Assembly: GCA_041659405.1 (NCBI GenBank)
Contig: JBAZYK010000006.1
Coordinates: 30,001 to 62,000 of the forward strand
Direction of reading: 5' to 3'
Origin: Candidatus Altimarinota bacterium
Lineage (GTDB): Bacteria; Patescibacteriota; Gracilibacteria; UBA1369
DNA length: 32,000 bases
In this document: positions 1 through 8,548 of the stretch, piece by piece
Numbering within the stretch: the stretch's first letter is position 1
How the letters are laid out: each line of letters opens with the position of its first letter
Position numbers and translations under genes: made by a program
Notes under the pieces: generated by a model
Told to the model about the DNA's origin: nothing
What the model saw: the letters and a program-made list of their open reading frames with translations, nothing else
Databases searched by the model: none

Positions 1-285
1 TTTTAAATCGCTCTCTTCATCAAGAAGAGTTTCCCCTAGAGTAAGAACCTTTCTAGTCAGTGTTCCAATTTTTTTATATTTTAAGCCTTTGGGCGAGAGG
101 TTACCATCAGTGTACCTACCCACCATTTCTTTGCCAAAAATTTTAAATTTTTCAATTAAAGCAGGAGTAAAAGGAAATTTTTCCTTTTTTTGAGGAGGCG
201 GATTCAAATCCGCACCGCACCCTTTATATTGAGCGATTACATCAGCGAAACTGGGAAGAGATTGCATTTTTTCGGGAGTAGACAT
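1..285 (-). CDS. hypothetical protein, N-terminal 95 codons (gene runs off the left edge)
   Basis: Hand translation of the minus strand from the ATG at 285-283 gives 95 codons with no stop down to position 1 (MSTPEKMQSLPSFADVIAQYKGCGADLNPPPQKKEKF...). It starts 8 nt after the stop of the 294..1037 gene, which suggests an operon. It is absent from the ORF track because it is open-ended. No motif recognised. Confidence 0.4.
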   Translation of the reverse strand, partial: MSTPEKMQSLPSFADVIAQYKGCGADLNPPPQKKEKFPFTPALIEKFKIFGKEMVGRYTDGNLSPKGLKYKKIGTLTRKVLTLGETLLDEESDLK

Positions 286-293
286 ATTTTTTT

Positions 294-1037
294 TTACTTG
301 AAGATTGAAGCGACACTTTCTCTGATTTTTCTTAAAATGGATTCCGCTTTCTTCCCCTCACTTCCCTTCTCAATTTCTGTTCTATGCCATTTCCCAGTCG
401 GAGAATTTTTTTGATTAAAATACTGAAGTCCTTTTGCAGCTTCAGGATCACCTTTTTCCAAAATTTTCTTCCATTGCCCAAGTAATCTTAGGGCATTATC
501 ACAATGAGCACTACATGGAGTAAAAGAAGGAGGACGAAAATCTAATTGCTCGGAATATGATTTTCCTGAACGAAATAATTGCATCAATTCAAAATCGAAA
601 TTCGAAATAATTTTTTTAGGCGAAAAAGATTTTCTAGCTTTAAGATTTTTTTGGGAATGAATGTACTCTTCTGTACAACATTCAGGGTATCCCAAAAACT
701 TGCCATTAATTTTGTGAGACTCACTATAATTAGCCCCTTCAGGAAGAACAAGTTCACTCCTATAACAATCAGAAATTATTTCAGGTGAAGCAACTTCATA
801 TATTGGGTCTAAACTATGTGGATCGTTGGTTTGTATGGCTTGTAATCCTAATTTTTCAACCAATTTCAAAAAAGTTTTATGATTACCTCCAATTATGGTT
901 CCAGGTTTAACTCCTTCAGCCACTAATAAAAGTTGAGCACGATCCAACCCATTCAAGGCTTTCCAATCAGGAGATTCATAAACATCCTTATGTTTAAGCT
1001 CAATTTCATCTGTCGGCTTCTCTAGTTTTTCGACCAT
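294..1037 (-). CDS. hypothetical protein with conserved Cys motifs (GYPECC ... PCSAHC), possible metal-binding
   Basis: The ORF track gives 294..1085 starting at TTG. The first ATG (MVEKLEK...) at 1037 is the more likely start. Contains GYPECCTEEY and FTPCSAHCDNALRL. No signal peptide seen. Family not recognised with confidence. Confidence 0.6.
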   Translation of the reverse strand: MVEKLEKPTDEIELKHKDVYESPDWKALNGLDRAQLLLVAEGVKPGTIIGGNHKTFLKLVEKLGLQAIQTNDPHSLDPIYEVASPEIISDCYRSELVLPEGANYSESHKINGKFLGYPECCTEEYIHSQKNLKARKSFSPKKIISNFDFELMQLFRSGKSYSEQLDFRPPSFTPCSAHCDNALRLLGQWKKILEKGDPEAAKGLQYFNQKNSPTGKWHRTEIEKGSEGKKAESILRKIRESVASIFK

Positions 1038-1112
1038 AAATAACTTTAAAAGTATCTTGTTATTATACAACAATATATACGTCAAAGCAAACTAAGCACT
1101 CCCCCAAGAGTT

Positions 1113-1181
1113 TATGGCTTACTGCAGCCAGTGTACTTTTTCCGGATCTTAACAGCGCAACATTCTTCAATGTGTAAAGAG
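1113..1181 (+). repeat. Rep-1 family, partial copy C (inverted relative to copies A and B)
   Basis: tatggcttactgcagccagtgtactttttccggatcttaa...atgtgtaaagag matches the reverse complement of 8440-8510 and 10812-10885. Shared blocks are tatggcttactgcagcc, gtgtactttt, tcttaa and atgtgtaaagag, with the middle about 17 nt diverged. Confidence 0.6.
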
Positions 1182-1253
1182 ACCGGCGAAAATAGCGAAG
1201 AAGCGCATCCAAAAACGCTTGGAATAAAAAAAACAAGCCCGCACCCCCTACCC

Positions 1254-2384
1254 TCAAATCATCCCCTCGATCTGCTTCTTTATCTCCGGAATTCCAACCA
1301 TCGTCACCGTCGAAACAAAACATGGCTTAAAGGCCTTATATTTTTTGGCCAACTCTTTGCACTTTTTTTCGATTTCTTTTTTTGTATGTCGAGCCGCCAA
1401 TAAATCCAACTTATTAAAAACGTAAATCATGGGCTTGTCTGCGACCTTAATTTTCTCCAAAATATCATGCACGACCTTCATTTTATCCTCCATTTTTGGA
1501 TCGTTCAGGTCGATCACATGCACCAAAAGATCAGCTTCAATTGTTTCTTCCAATGTGGATTGAAAAGACTTAATTAAAGTCGCCGCAAGATCCTGAATAA
1601 AACCAATTGTGTCCGAAACAAGCACTTCTTTGCGCTCTACTCGGCCATCATCAAAACTCTTTTCAAAATATAATTTCCCAACACGCGTATCCAAAGTGGC
1701 AAAAAGTTTATCGGCCGCGTAAGCGCCTTTATGCGTTAAAGCATTTAACAAACTCGATTTCCCGGCATTGGTATAACCAATAATTCCAACAGTTTTTAAA
1801 TTTTTGCGACGACGACCTTCACGGTGCAATTTACGCACACGTTTACAGTCCTCCAATTCTTCCAAAATTCGATCTTCATGTTTGGAAAGATGCCTTTTCA
1901 TTGTTTCCAAATTGGTTTCACCTGCACCGCGCGTTCCGATTCCACCACCCTGACGAGTTAACTGCATACCCATGCCATAAATACGTGGCCCCATGTGCCG
2001 AATGGAAGCCAGTTCAATTTCCAATTTTGCCTCACGCGTGGAAGCGTGCTTTTGAAAAATCTTCAAAATCAAATCAAGTCGATCCCAAACTTCCATTTTT
2101 ACATCCCGCAGCATTTCACCCAAATTATAAGTCTGCATCGGCCTAAGTTCGTTGTTCACAATCAAAATATTGGCGCCACATTCCAGCGCCTCTTTTTTAA
2201 TTTCGTCAACTTTTCCGCCACCAATATAAGTTTTGTAATTCGGCTCAATTTTTTTCTGAATCCGCTTGATCAAAACCACACCGCCAAAAGTTCGCACCAA
2301 ACTTTCCGCTTCATCAAGGCGATAATCCGCCTCTTCTTTAGTGACGTTTGGAGGAACAAGATCTATAAGAATTGCTTTTAGCAT
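1254..2384 (-). CDS. hflX: GTPase HflX
   Basis: 376 aa with an HflX-type N-terminal domain. G1 is GYTNAGKSSLLNALT, G3 is DTIGFI and G4 is NKLD. ATG start, TGA stop. Confidence 0.93.
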   Translation of the reverse strand: MLKAILIDLVPPNVTKEEADYRLDEAESLVRTFGGVVLIKRIQKKIEPNYKTYIGGGKVDEIKKEALECGANILIVNNELRPMQTYNLGEMLRDVKMEVWDRLDLILKIFQKHASTREAKLEIELASIRHMGPRIYGMGMQLTRQGGGIGTRGAGETNLETMKRHLSKHEDRILEELEDCKRVRKLHREGRRRKNLKTVGIIGYTNAGKSSLLNALTHKGAYAADKLFATLDTRVGKLYFEKSFDDGRVERKEVLVSDTIGFIQDLAATLIKSFQSTLEETIEADLLVHVIDLNDPKMEDKMKVVHDILEKIKVADKPMIYVFNKLDLLAARHTKKEIEKKCKELAKKYKAFKPCFVSTVTMVGIPEIKKQIEGMI

Positions 2385-2430
2385 GCATCAAGATTACCAC
2401 AAATTGTCGAAAACCGCATAAGTGGGCAAC

Positions 2431-3456
2431 CTAAGCCACAAATTCCTTTTCCACAGCCACATCGTATTTTCCAAGTGCGGCCAAACCGTTGCATTTTGAG
2501 CGATGAACCAACGCCTGTTGAGCCCGCCCCACATTATTAACAATATCCTGAGCCCAAATTTTTAAAGCCGGACTTTGGATCGCACGACCATAAGAAAAAC
2601 TTAATGGCCAAGGAAGCCCGCCAATTTTGTTCATTAAATCCAAATGAATGGTTGCGTCGGAGTCACTCTGACCACCGGAAAGGAACACAACACCGGCTAA
2701 ATCATGAGGAACGTTTTCCATAAGACATTTTACCGTTTGCTTTGCCACCTCTGCCGCAGGAGCTTTTTCGGCATCTTTACCGGGCAACACCATACTTACT
2801 TTCAAAATCGTCCCTTTTACATCCACGCCCTGTTCCGCCAATTGACTAAACAAAGCCTTTAAAGTCAAAGCAGTCACTTCATAACATTTTTCAATTGTAT
2901 GATTTCCATCGATCAAAATTTCCGGTTCAACCATTGGCACCAACCCATTTTCCTGACAAAGCGCCGCATAACGCGCCAAAGCATGCGCATTTGCCATAAT
3001 ACAAGCCTGACTTGGCATATTCGCGCCAATCGCGATCACCGCGCGCCATTTAGCAAACTGCGCACCTAATTTTCCATATTCAACCAGACGATCACGCAAA
3101 CCATCAAGCCCTTCGGTCACAACTTCACCTTCATGCAGCGCCAAAGGCTTTGTTCCCGCATCCACCTTAATACCCGGAATAATCCCCTTCTGCTTTAAAA
3201 CTTCAGCAAAAGGAACCTCATTCTTATCTTTTTGACGGATCGTTTCATCATACAAAATCATACCACTTATATACTGTTCAACGCCCGGCGCAGAAACCAA
3301 TAATTCACGATAAGCACGACGATTTTCCTCTGTGCACTCAACGTTAACACCATCAAAACGCTTTTTACACGTGCCGGAACTTTCATCAATCGCTAAAATT
3401 CCTTTTCCGGGAGCAACCATGGCTTTTGCCGTTGCGGCTAAAACTTTTGAATCCAT
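2431..3456 (-). CDS. fba: fructose-bisphosphate aldolase, class I (glycolytic/eukaryote-type family)
   Basis: 341 aa. The N-terminus is APGKGILAIDESSGTCKKRF. The Schiff-base lysine region KGTILKVSMVLPG matches LEGTLLKPNMVTPG of class I aldolases. Resemblance runs the full length. Confidence 0.92.
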   Translation of the reverse strand: MDSKVLAATAKAMVAPGKGILAIDESSGTCKKRFDGVNVECTEENRRAYRELLVSAPGVEQYISGMILYDETIRQKDKNEVPFAEVLKQKGIIPGIKVDAGTKPLALHEGEVVTEGLDGLRDRLVEYGKLGAQFAKWRAVIAIGANMPSQACIMANAHALARYAALCQENGLVPMVEPEILIDGNHTIEKCYEVTALTLKALFSQLAEQGVDVKGTILKVSMVLPGKDAEKAPAAEVAKQTVKCLMENVPHDLAGVVFLSGGQSDSDATIHLDLMNKIGGLPWPLSFSYGRAIQSPALKIWAQDIVNNVGRAQQALVHRSKCNGLAALGKYDVAVEKEFVA

Positions 3457-3577
3457 AATTTTTAAAAGTTAAAGAATCTGATCGCCATCAAAATAATCAG
3501 ATTTTAAAGGAAAGACAAATTTTTCACCTTTCTTGGTCACTTTTGCCACTTTCACTCTTTCCGAAAATGAAAAAATC

Positions 3578-3586
3578 TGTTATAAT
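3578..3586 (+). promoter_or_regulatory. extended -10 promoter element (TGtTATAAT) upstream of the surface-protein gene
   Basis: tgttataat lies 33 nt upstream of the ATG at 3619. No good -35 hexamer was seen. Confidence 0.35.
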
Positions 3587-3618
3587 GTCTAGAAATATAA
3601 ATTTATATAACTTCCATT

Positions 3619-6600
3619 ATGAAAAACAAAAACACCAAAAAAGTTCTACGTTCAATCGCAAAAACAAGCTTCGTCTTTATGTTGCTGTTTGTTTTCAATT
3701 TAAAACCGGCGCTGGCGGCAAGTATTTATAATGTTACTGAAGCCACCGCTACAGTTGGAGCATCAACAAGTTTAACCATTCAATATACGGTTGATACAGC
3801 CGAACAAACATGGCTACTTGGAGAAATTTTTGGCATTCAATTACCTGCCAATTTTCCAAACTGGACCGCCGCAGGAGTAAGTTTCACGGCGGAATACGAC
3901 ACCGACACAACTAATGATGGAATTGGCGAAACAGCCATCACCTCAGGTGGTGGAAATGGGCAATATGCAATCGTTGGAGATACTCTAAACATCACCTGGG
4001 ATCCTTCTGACCCCCCTCCGGCAGCAACAGGATGGGGCCCCCCAACCGCCGGAGCATCAACCATTAGAGTCCTGATTACCGGAGAAGTCCCAACTTATTC
4101 CAACGCAACCTCAACTTTTACATTTAAAAAAACAGCCACCATTGGAACAGATACGGTAAACGTTAGCGCGGCCAACCCTTCAGCTTCTATCGATATTACT
4201 CATATTGCAACCGTTGGCACAGGTGGAACCGTACCTTTTAGCTTCAGTCCACATATAGAATTGTCCGCAGGCTCCTATATAACAATTACTTTCCCGGCAA
4301 ACTTTAATATTTCCGCTGCAAATACCGGAGTAGGCGCAGTAACTTCCAATTTTACCGGAACTCCAACTTTTACAGCGAGTCTCCTTGGCCAAAATCTTAT
4401 CTTAACCGCGAACGGAACAATCCCGGTTGAAATTGGTAAAACAATTACCATTCCCGCGGGACTGGTTGCTTCCTACAAGGCTGATGCTTCTACAATTACA
4501 GTCACAGTTAATGATTCTTCGGGAAATTTAGTTTCAAGTTCAGCCGCTGCGACAATAGCAGCAACATCCGCCGGCGCATTAAGTTTGACCAGTGCCACAC
4601 TGCCGCTTCTTGTTGTTAGCACTAAAAATACACTCAGTATTGCATTTACAACAGTCAACGACAGTCCATCTGCCGGAAAATTTATAATCAATTTACCAGC
4701 TGGATTTAGCGGAACAGCCGCATCGGACGGAGCCTGCACGGGCCTTGATGGAACATGGACAACAACCGGCGCCGCTTCGGTTGTAACTTTAACCAGGAGT
4801 GGCGGAAGTCCGGGAATTTCACCAATCTTAACCGTTGCTTGTACTATCAACAACATCACAAACCCAAGTTCAGCAGGCGCCGTTGGAACTTTCACTTATC
4901 AAACAACTACTTCAAACGCCAGCCAGGTTCTTGATGAAGGAACAGCACTCAGCACACAGACAATCGTTGCCGTTGGAGCTTTAACCGGAAGCGTGCAACA
5001 TTCAACATTGGTTGCAGGACAAACCGGAACCGCGACAATTTCTTTTTCAACCATAAATTCCATACCAAATGGTGGAAAAGTTATTGCAACATTTCCAGCA
5101 GGATTTGAAGTATCTGGAGCTAATGCTTTAACAGCAACAAGTTTAAGCGGACTTGCTGGAACCTGGACAGCATCGGTCTCCGGCCAGGTAATAACATTCA
5201 CACAAAGTGCAGGTAGTTTAAGTACTGCCGGATCAAAAAGCTTTACAATAGCAGGGATTCACAACCCAACAAGTCCAGGATCAGCCGGAACTTATTCCAT
5301 TTCAACACAAACCCCCACAGGAGAAACTATTGATACAAATACCGGTGTTGCCGCCAACACAATCACTGCAGCCGGTGGAGGTTCTTTTATATCTTTAGGA
5401 TCTTCAGGTACTTCAACAACTCCAACAACAACACCTCCTTCCACTCAACCAACAACAACTCCAACTGAACCTCAAATTCAACCTCCAACAGAGCCTCAAA
5501 TTCAACCACCACAATTACCTACTCCTCCAGCTCTTCCTGCTCCAAAAACACCTACGGCTCCCGCTCCAAAAGCTCCAGCCAAGGTAGCCCCAAGAACCAC
5601 GACCACCACAAAGGCACCCGCAAGAACAACGACGACAACAACTTCTACAAGCACAAGTTCCAGCACACATTCAAGTGCAACAACACCTCCACCGGTTATA
5701 GATGTACGAACATCACCTGATTTCCCTAAAGCACTTCTTTGCGCTAATACACCCGCAACCCGTCTTCAAGGTAATATTTCAAATGACCGGGATACAGAGG
5801 GTGACGGCATTTCTGATTTAATGGAAAATGCCTGTGGCACAAATCCAACTAAAGCAGATACCGATGATGATGGTTACTCCGATAACGTTGAAATTTTCCA
5901 ATTGGTCACAGATCCAACCAATCCAAATGACCCACCTAAAAATCAACCAATCGCCACACGCGTAAGCAGTCTTTTTGATGGCGTAATAGTAGAAGATAAG
6001 AATCCTTTAATCACAGGAAGCACTCGAGCCAATTCATTGGTGGAAATAACCATCAAAGATGATAAAGGCCAAATCGTAAGAACTCAAGAAATCAAATCAG
6101 ACGCAAACGGCGGATTCCTTTATGTTCCAGCCGTCGGCCTGCCGGACGGAAATTACACCCTTGAAACCATCGAAAAACCAAATCAAACAGGTTCTTTAAT
6201 GGGATCATTAAAAGCGGATGTTCTTGGAGCAACTAACACCAAAAACGTAATCACTGCCGTTAATTCCAAACCGGTACATTTCACTATCAGCGCAAAAACT
6301 CCAAGCGTAACACCTCCATCACCAAAAAAGTTGGCTGAAAAAGATCTAACTGATGAAATTATCAATGGAGGAATTAAAGTTGCCATCGTTAATAATCTAC
6401 CGGTACTAAGTGGAAAAACCGGGTTTGGATCAGAAGTAAAAGCAACCTACCAAAGCGTAGTTTTAACTTCTGCTTTGATTGCAGATAGTACAACCGGTGA
6501 TTTTGCCATCAAGCCTTCAGAAAGTTTTGAAACTGGCGATCATACCATTTACGTCCAGGCCATCAGACCAAGCGACGGCACTATCAGCAAAACTGTCAAA

Positions 6601-6807
6601 GTTTCTTTTAACATTGCAGCAAGCGCTCCTACCACAACAATCGAACAAAAAACAACTACTTTCCATGGAGCAAGCCAAACTTCAGATAACACAATTTATT
6701 GGGTTATTGGAGGAGCGGTTCTAATCGTAGTTTTGGGTGGCGCATACGCTGTAAGTCGCAGAAAGAAGACCTCGGGCCCATCTAAGCACGATAATCAGGA
6801 CAAATAG
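3619..6807 (+). CDS. large secreted cell-surface protein (repeated beta-rich modules, Pro/Thr linker, Ca-binding TSP3-like repeats, C-terminal membrane anchor)
   Basis: Signal peptide MKNKNTKKVLRSIAKTSFVFMLLFVFNLKPALA|AS. There are four to five modules of about 110-120 aa, each with the motif (I/F)xxPAxF (IQLPANFPNW, ITFPANFNIS, IINLPAGFSGT, ATFPAGFEVSG). A P/T-rich linker covers roughly aa 595-690. DRDTEGDGISD and DTDDDGYSDNVE are thrombospondin-type-3-like acidic repeats. The C-terminus is a hydrophobic helix plus a basic tail (WVIGGAVLIVVLGGAYAVSRRKK), with no LPXTG. Confidence 0.85.
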   Translation: MKNKNTKKVLRSIAKTSFVFMLLFVFNLKPALAASIYNVTEATATVGASTSLTIQYTVDTAEQTWLLGEIFGIQLPANFPNWTAAGVSFTAEYDTDTTNDGIGETAITSGGGNGQYAIVGDTLNITWDPSDPPPAATGWGPPTAGASTIRVLITGEVPTYSNATSTFTFKKTATIGTDTVNVSAANPSASIDITHIATVGTGGTVPFSFSPHIELSAGSYITITFPANFNISAANTGVGAVTSNFTGTPTFTASLLGQNLILTANGTIPVEIGKTITIPAGLVASYKADASTITVTVNDSSGNLVSSSAAATIAATSAGALSLTSATLPLLVVSTKNTLSIAFTTVNDSPSAGKFIINLPAGFSGTAASDGACTGLDGTWTTTGAASVVTLTRSGGSPGISPILTVACTINNITNPSSAGAVGTFTYQTTTSNASQVLDEGTALSTQTIVAVGALTGSVQHSTLVAGQTGTATISFSTINSIPNGGKVIATFPAGFEVSGANALTATSLSGLAGTWTASVSGQVITFTQSAGSLSTAGSKSFTIAGIHNPTSPGSAGTYSISTQTPTGETIDTNTGVAANTITAAGGGSFISLGSSGTSTTPTTTPPSTQPTTTPTEPQIQPPTEPQIQPPQLPTPPALPAPKTPTAPAPKAPAKVAPRTTTTTKAPARTTTTTTSTSTSSSTHSSATTPPPVIDVRTSPDFPKALLCANTPATRLQGNISNDRDTEGDGISDLMENACGTNPTKADTDDDGYSDNVEIFQLVTDPTNPNDPPKNQPIATRVSSLFDGVIVEDKNPLITGSTRANSLVEITIKDDKGQIVRTQEIKSDANGGFLYVPAVGLPDGNYTLETIEKPNQTGSLMGSLKADVLGATNTKNVITAVNSKPVHFTISAKTPSVTPPSPKKLAEKDLTDEIINGGIKVAIVNNLPVLSGKTGFGSEVKATYQSVVLTSALIADSTTGDFAIKPSESFETGDHTIYVQAIRPSDGTISKTVKVSFNIAASAPTTTIEQKTTTFHGASQTSDNTIYWVIGGAVLIVVLGGAYAVSRRKKTSGPSKHDNQDK
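5467..5514 (+). repeat. 24-bp tandem duplication inside the Pro/Thr linker (EPQIQPPT x2)
   Basis: gaacctcaaattcaacctccaaca is followed directly by gagcctcaaattcaaccaccacaa. Confidence 0.7.
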
Positions 6808-6831
6808 AACAAAGTATGCTAAAGTCGCCCC

Positions 6832-7536
6832 ATGCGTATCAATAAATTTTTAGCCCAGGCTGGAGTATGTTCCAGGCGTGAAGCCGACGAACTGATCCGT
6901 AACGGCAAAGTTACAATCAATGGCAAGGTTGCCGGCCTTGGCGATCAAATCACCGAGGAAGACAACGTAGAAGTTGAAGGCAAAAAGGTTTCCAAAGAAG
7001 AAACCGAAAAAGTCTATATTGCTTTCCACAAGCCTTTTGGTGTCATTACGACCACCGATAAAACCATGGACAACAATATTTTGGATTGGGTCGATTTGAA
7101 AACTCACCGCATTTTTCCGGTTGGTCGACTTGATGTGCAATCTTCTGGACTAATCTTGTTGACCAATGACGGAGAAATCGTCGACAAGATCTGCAGGTCT
7201 GTAAATCAACACGAAAAAGAATATTTGGTAACTGTGGATAAATCGATTACGCCGGAATTTTTAAAAAAAATGGCTGAAGGCGTTTACATTTTCAAACGCA
7301 AAACTCTTCCGGCCCGAATCCAGCAAATTTCCCCTCAACAATTCGACATTGTGATTGTGCAGGGCATGAACAAGCAGATTCGCCGCATGTGTGAAGGACT
7401 TGGATATAATGTGGAAATCCTAAAAAGAATTCGCATCATGAACATAAAACTCGGCGAACTCCAACGCGGCAAATGGCGATTTTTAACCAACGGCGAAAGA
7501 AAAGATCTGCTAAGGGCATTGAATTTAGAGCGATAG
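6832..7536 (+). CDS. pseudouridine synthase, RsuA/RluB/RluF family (S4 domain plus catalytic domain)
   Basis: N-terminal S4 domain MRINKFLAQAGVCSRREADELIRNGKVTINGK. Catalytic Asp motif GRLDVQSSGLILLTNDG. 234 aa. Confidence 0.9.
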   Translation: MRINKFLAQAGVCSRREADELIRNGKVTINGKVAGLGDQITEEDNVEVEGKKVSKEETEKVYIAFHKPFGVITTTDKTMDNNILDWVDLKTHRIFPVGRLDVQSSGLILLTNDGEIVDKICRSVNQHEKEYLVTVDKSITPEFLKKMAEGVYIFKRKTLPARIQQISPQQFDIVIVQGMNKQIRRMCEGLGYNVEILKRIRIMNIKLGELQRGKWRFLTNGERKDLLRALNLER

Positions 7537-7543
7537 CCCAGAT

Positions 7544-8317
7544 CTATGGTCCAAAATTAAGTGGATCCACCACGGGTTGATCTGGTGTACTTTTTTCTAC
7601 CGGGAAGACTAATGGATCTGGTTTTGGATGATTTTTGTTTGCCCAGGCTACGGCACTATCAGTTTCAAAACCTTTTTTATCAGTAAGGGTGCAATTTATA
7701 AGTGTTACCTGGTCAGGCCTCCATTCGCCCCCAGTGAAATACAACCCATAATCATGTCCAAAGTTTTTACTTCCCTTTCTTTTAAGGGATAACTCATATT
7801 TAGTCCGTCCGCGGTCATCAAAACTGGATGGAGTAATGTCGTACTCTTCTTCCCACTTTATGGCATTTGCGGCTTTTTTTAGACCAAGCTGAACTCTTAC
7901 CTGATCACTTACGGTACATGGTCTGTATTCTGCTGTTAAACTGTGGGTAATAGGGTGTTCTTTTTCATATCGTGATTGTTGATTAAGTAAACTGGGATCA
8001 TCAATTGGGTCTGTAGGAACAAGTGTTCTGCATTTGTCACCTTCAGCTGTTACTTCGCGGCGTGGGCAGTTTGTGGCGGGACCAAAGGTATCATCTGCCA
8101 AAACTTTTAATACTATTGTATGAGTACTGTTAGCCCGGTCATAAGCTGTTTGTGCATTGGCAAAAGCTTCAAATTCGGGTGAAGCAGGGTCGATTGGTAT
8201 TTTGTATGGATCAGGGCCTTCCGGGAAAGGGAATCTTTCTTTCAATCTTGTTACATCTCCTTCAACATCTGAACCTTTACATACAAATTGTTGAAATTCC
8301 CCTTCAGCTTCAGCCAT
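7544..8317 (-). CDS. hypothetical protein (about 257 aa orphan)
   Basis: The ORF track gives 7544..8365 from TTG. The ATG at 8317 (MAEAEGEFQQF...) is the likelier start. No signal peptide, TM segment or recognisable catalytic motif. Five Cys residues. Convergent with the pseudouridine synthase gene across a 7-nt gap. Confidence 0.6.
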   Translation of the reverse strand: MAEAEGEFQQFVCKGSDVEGDVTRLKERFPFPEGPDPYKIPIDPASPEFEAFANAQTAYDRANSTHTIVLKVLADDTFGPATNCPRREVTAEGDKCRTLVPTDPIDDPSLLNQQSRYEKEHPITHSLTAEYRPCTVSDQVRVQLGLKKAANAIKWEEEYDITPSSFDDRGRTKYELSLKRKGSKNFGHDYGLYFTGGEWRPDQVTLINCTLTDKKGFETDSAVAWANKNHPKPDPLVFPVEKSTPDQPVVDPLNFGP

Positions 8318-8439
8318 AATTATAATTTTAAGACGTAAAATTGTTTTCCTGAAGCTATCATTCAAATATTCTAACTGTCAAATACCCAAAACTTGAACTT
8401 ACACATCTTTTAGTATAGGAAAAAACGGACGAGCCCCTC

Positions 8440-8548
8440 TTTACACATCTTAATTTATTGTCCGATTAAGAACCAGGAAAAGTACACCGGCTGCAGTAAG
8501 CCATAATTGCCACAACATCATCTTTGTAACTAAATTTTGGCAGATTTT
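8440..8548 (-). repeat. Rep-1 family copy A (109 bp), overlapping the last 6 codons of the 705-aa ORF and its downstream spacer
   Basis: Gap-free hand alignment to 10812-10920 gives about 11 mismatches in 109 nt. A short further match is aacttgaact (8390-8399) versus aacttgcact (10801-10810). Copy A carries an extra roughly 40 nt flanked by a duplicated tacacatctt. Confidence 0.75.

Noticed and set aside
197-222. A T-arm-like palindrome, ggcggattcaaatccgc, suggesting a tRNA fragment.
   Set aside because: The loop is 6 or 8 nt rather than 7. No complementary acceptor 5' strand lies upstream. It sits inside an open reading frame (GCGADLNPPP).
1240-1256. A recurring GGTAGGGG motif: on the minus strand here and near 21725-21740, and on the plus strand in both 28-bp repeat units.
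   Set aside because: There are four occurrences, two of which come from the same repeat. This is not clearly above chance and there is no common context.
3475-3503. An 8-bp inverted repeat (aatctgat ... atcagatt) in the fba / surface-protein divergent promoter region, as a possible operator.
   Set aside because: It is short and AT-rich, with no second copy and no partner regulator in the window.
3837-5201. Several 70-140-aa minus-strand ORFs inside the surface-protein gene (3837..4064, 4180..4392, 4473..4895, 4899..5201).
   Set aside because: They are antisense to a strongly supported secreted protein. They arise from stop-poor Thr/Ala/Gly codon runs and have no start context or motifs.
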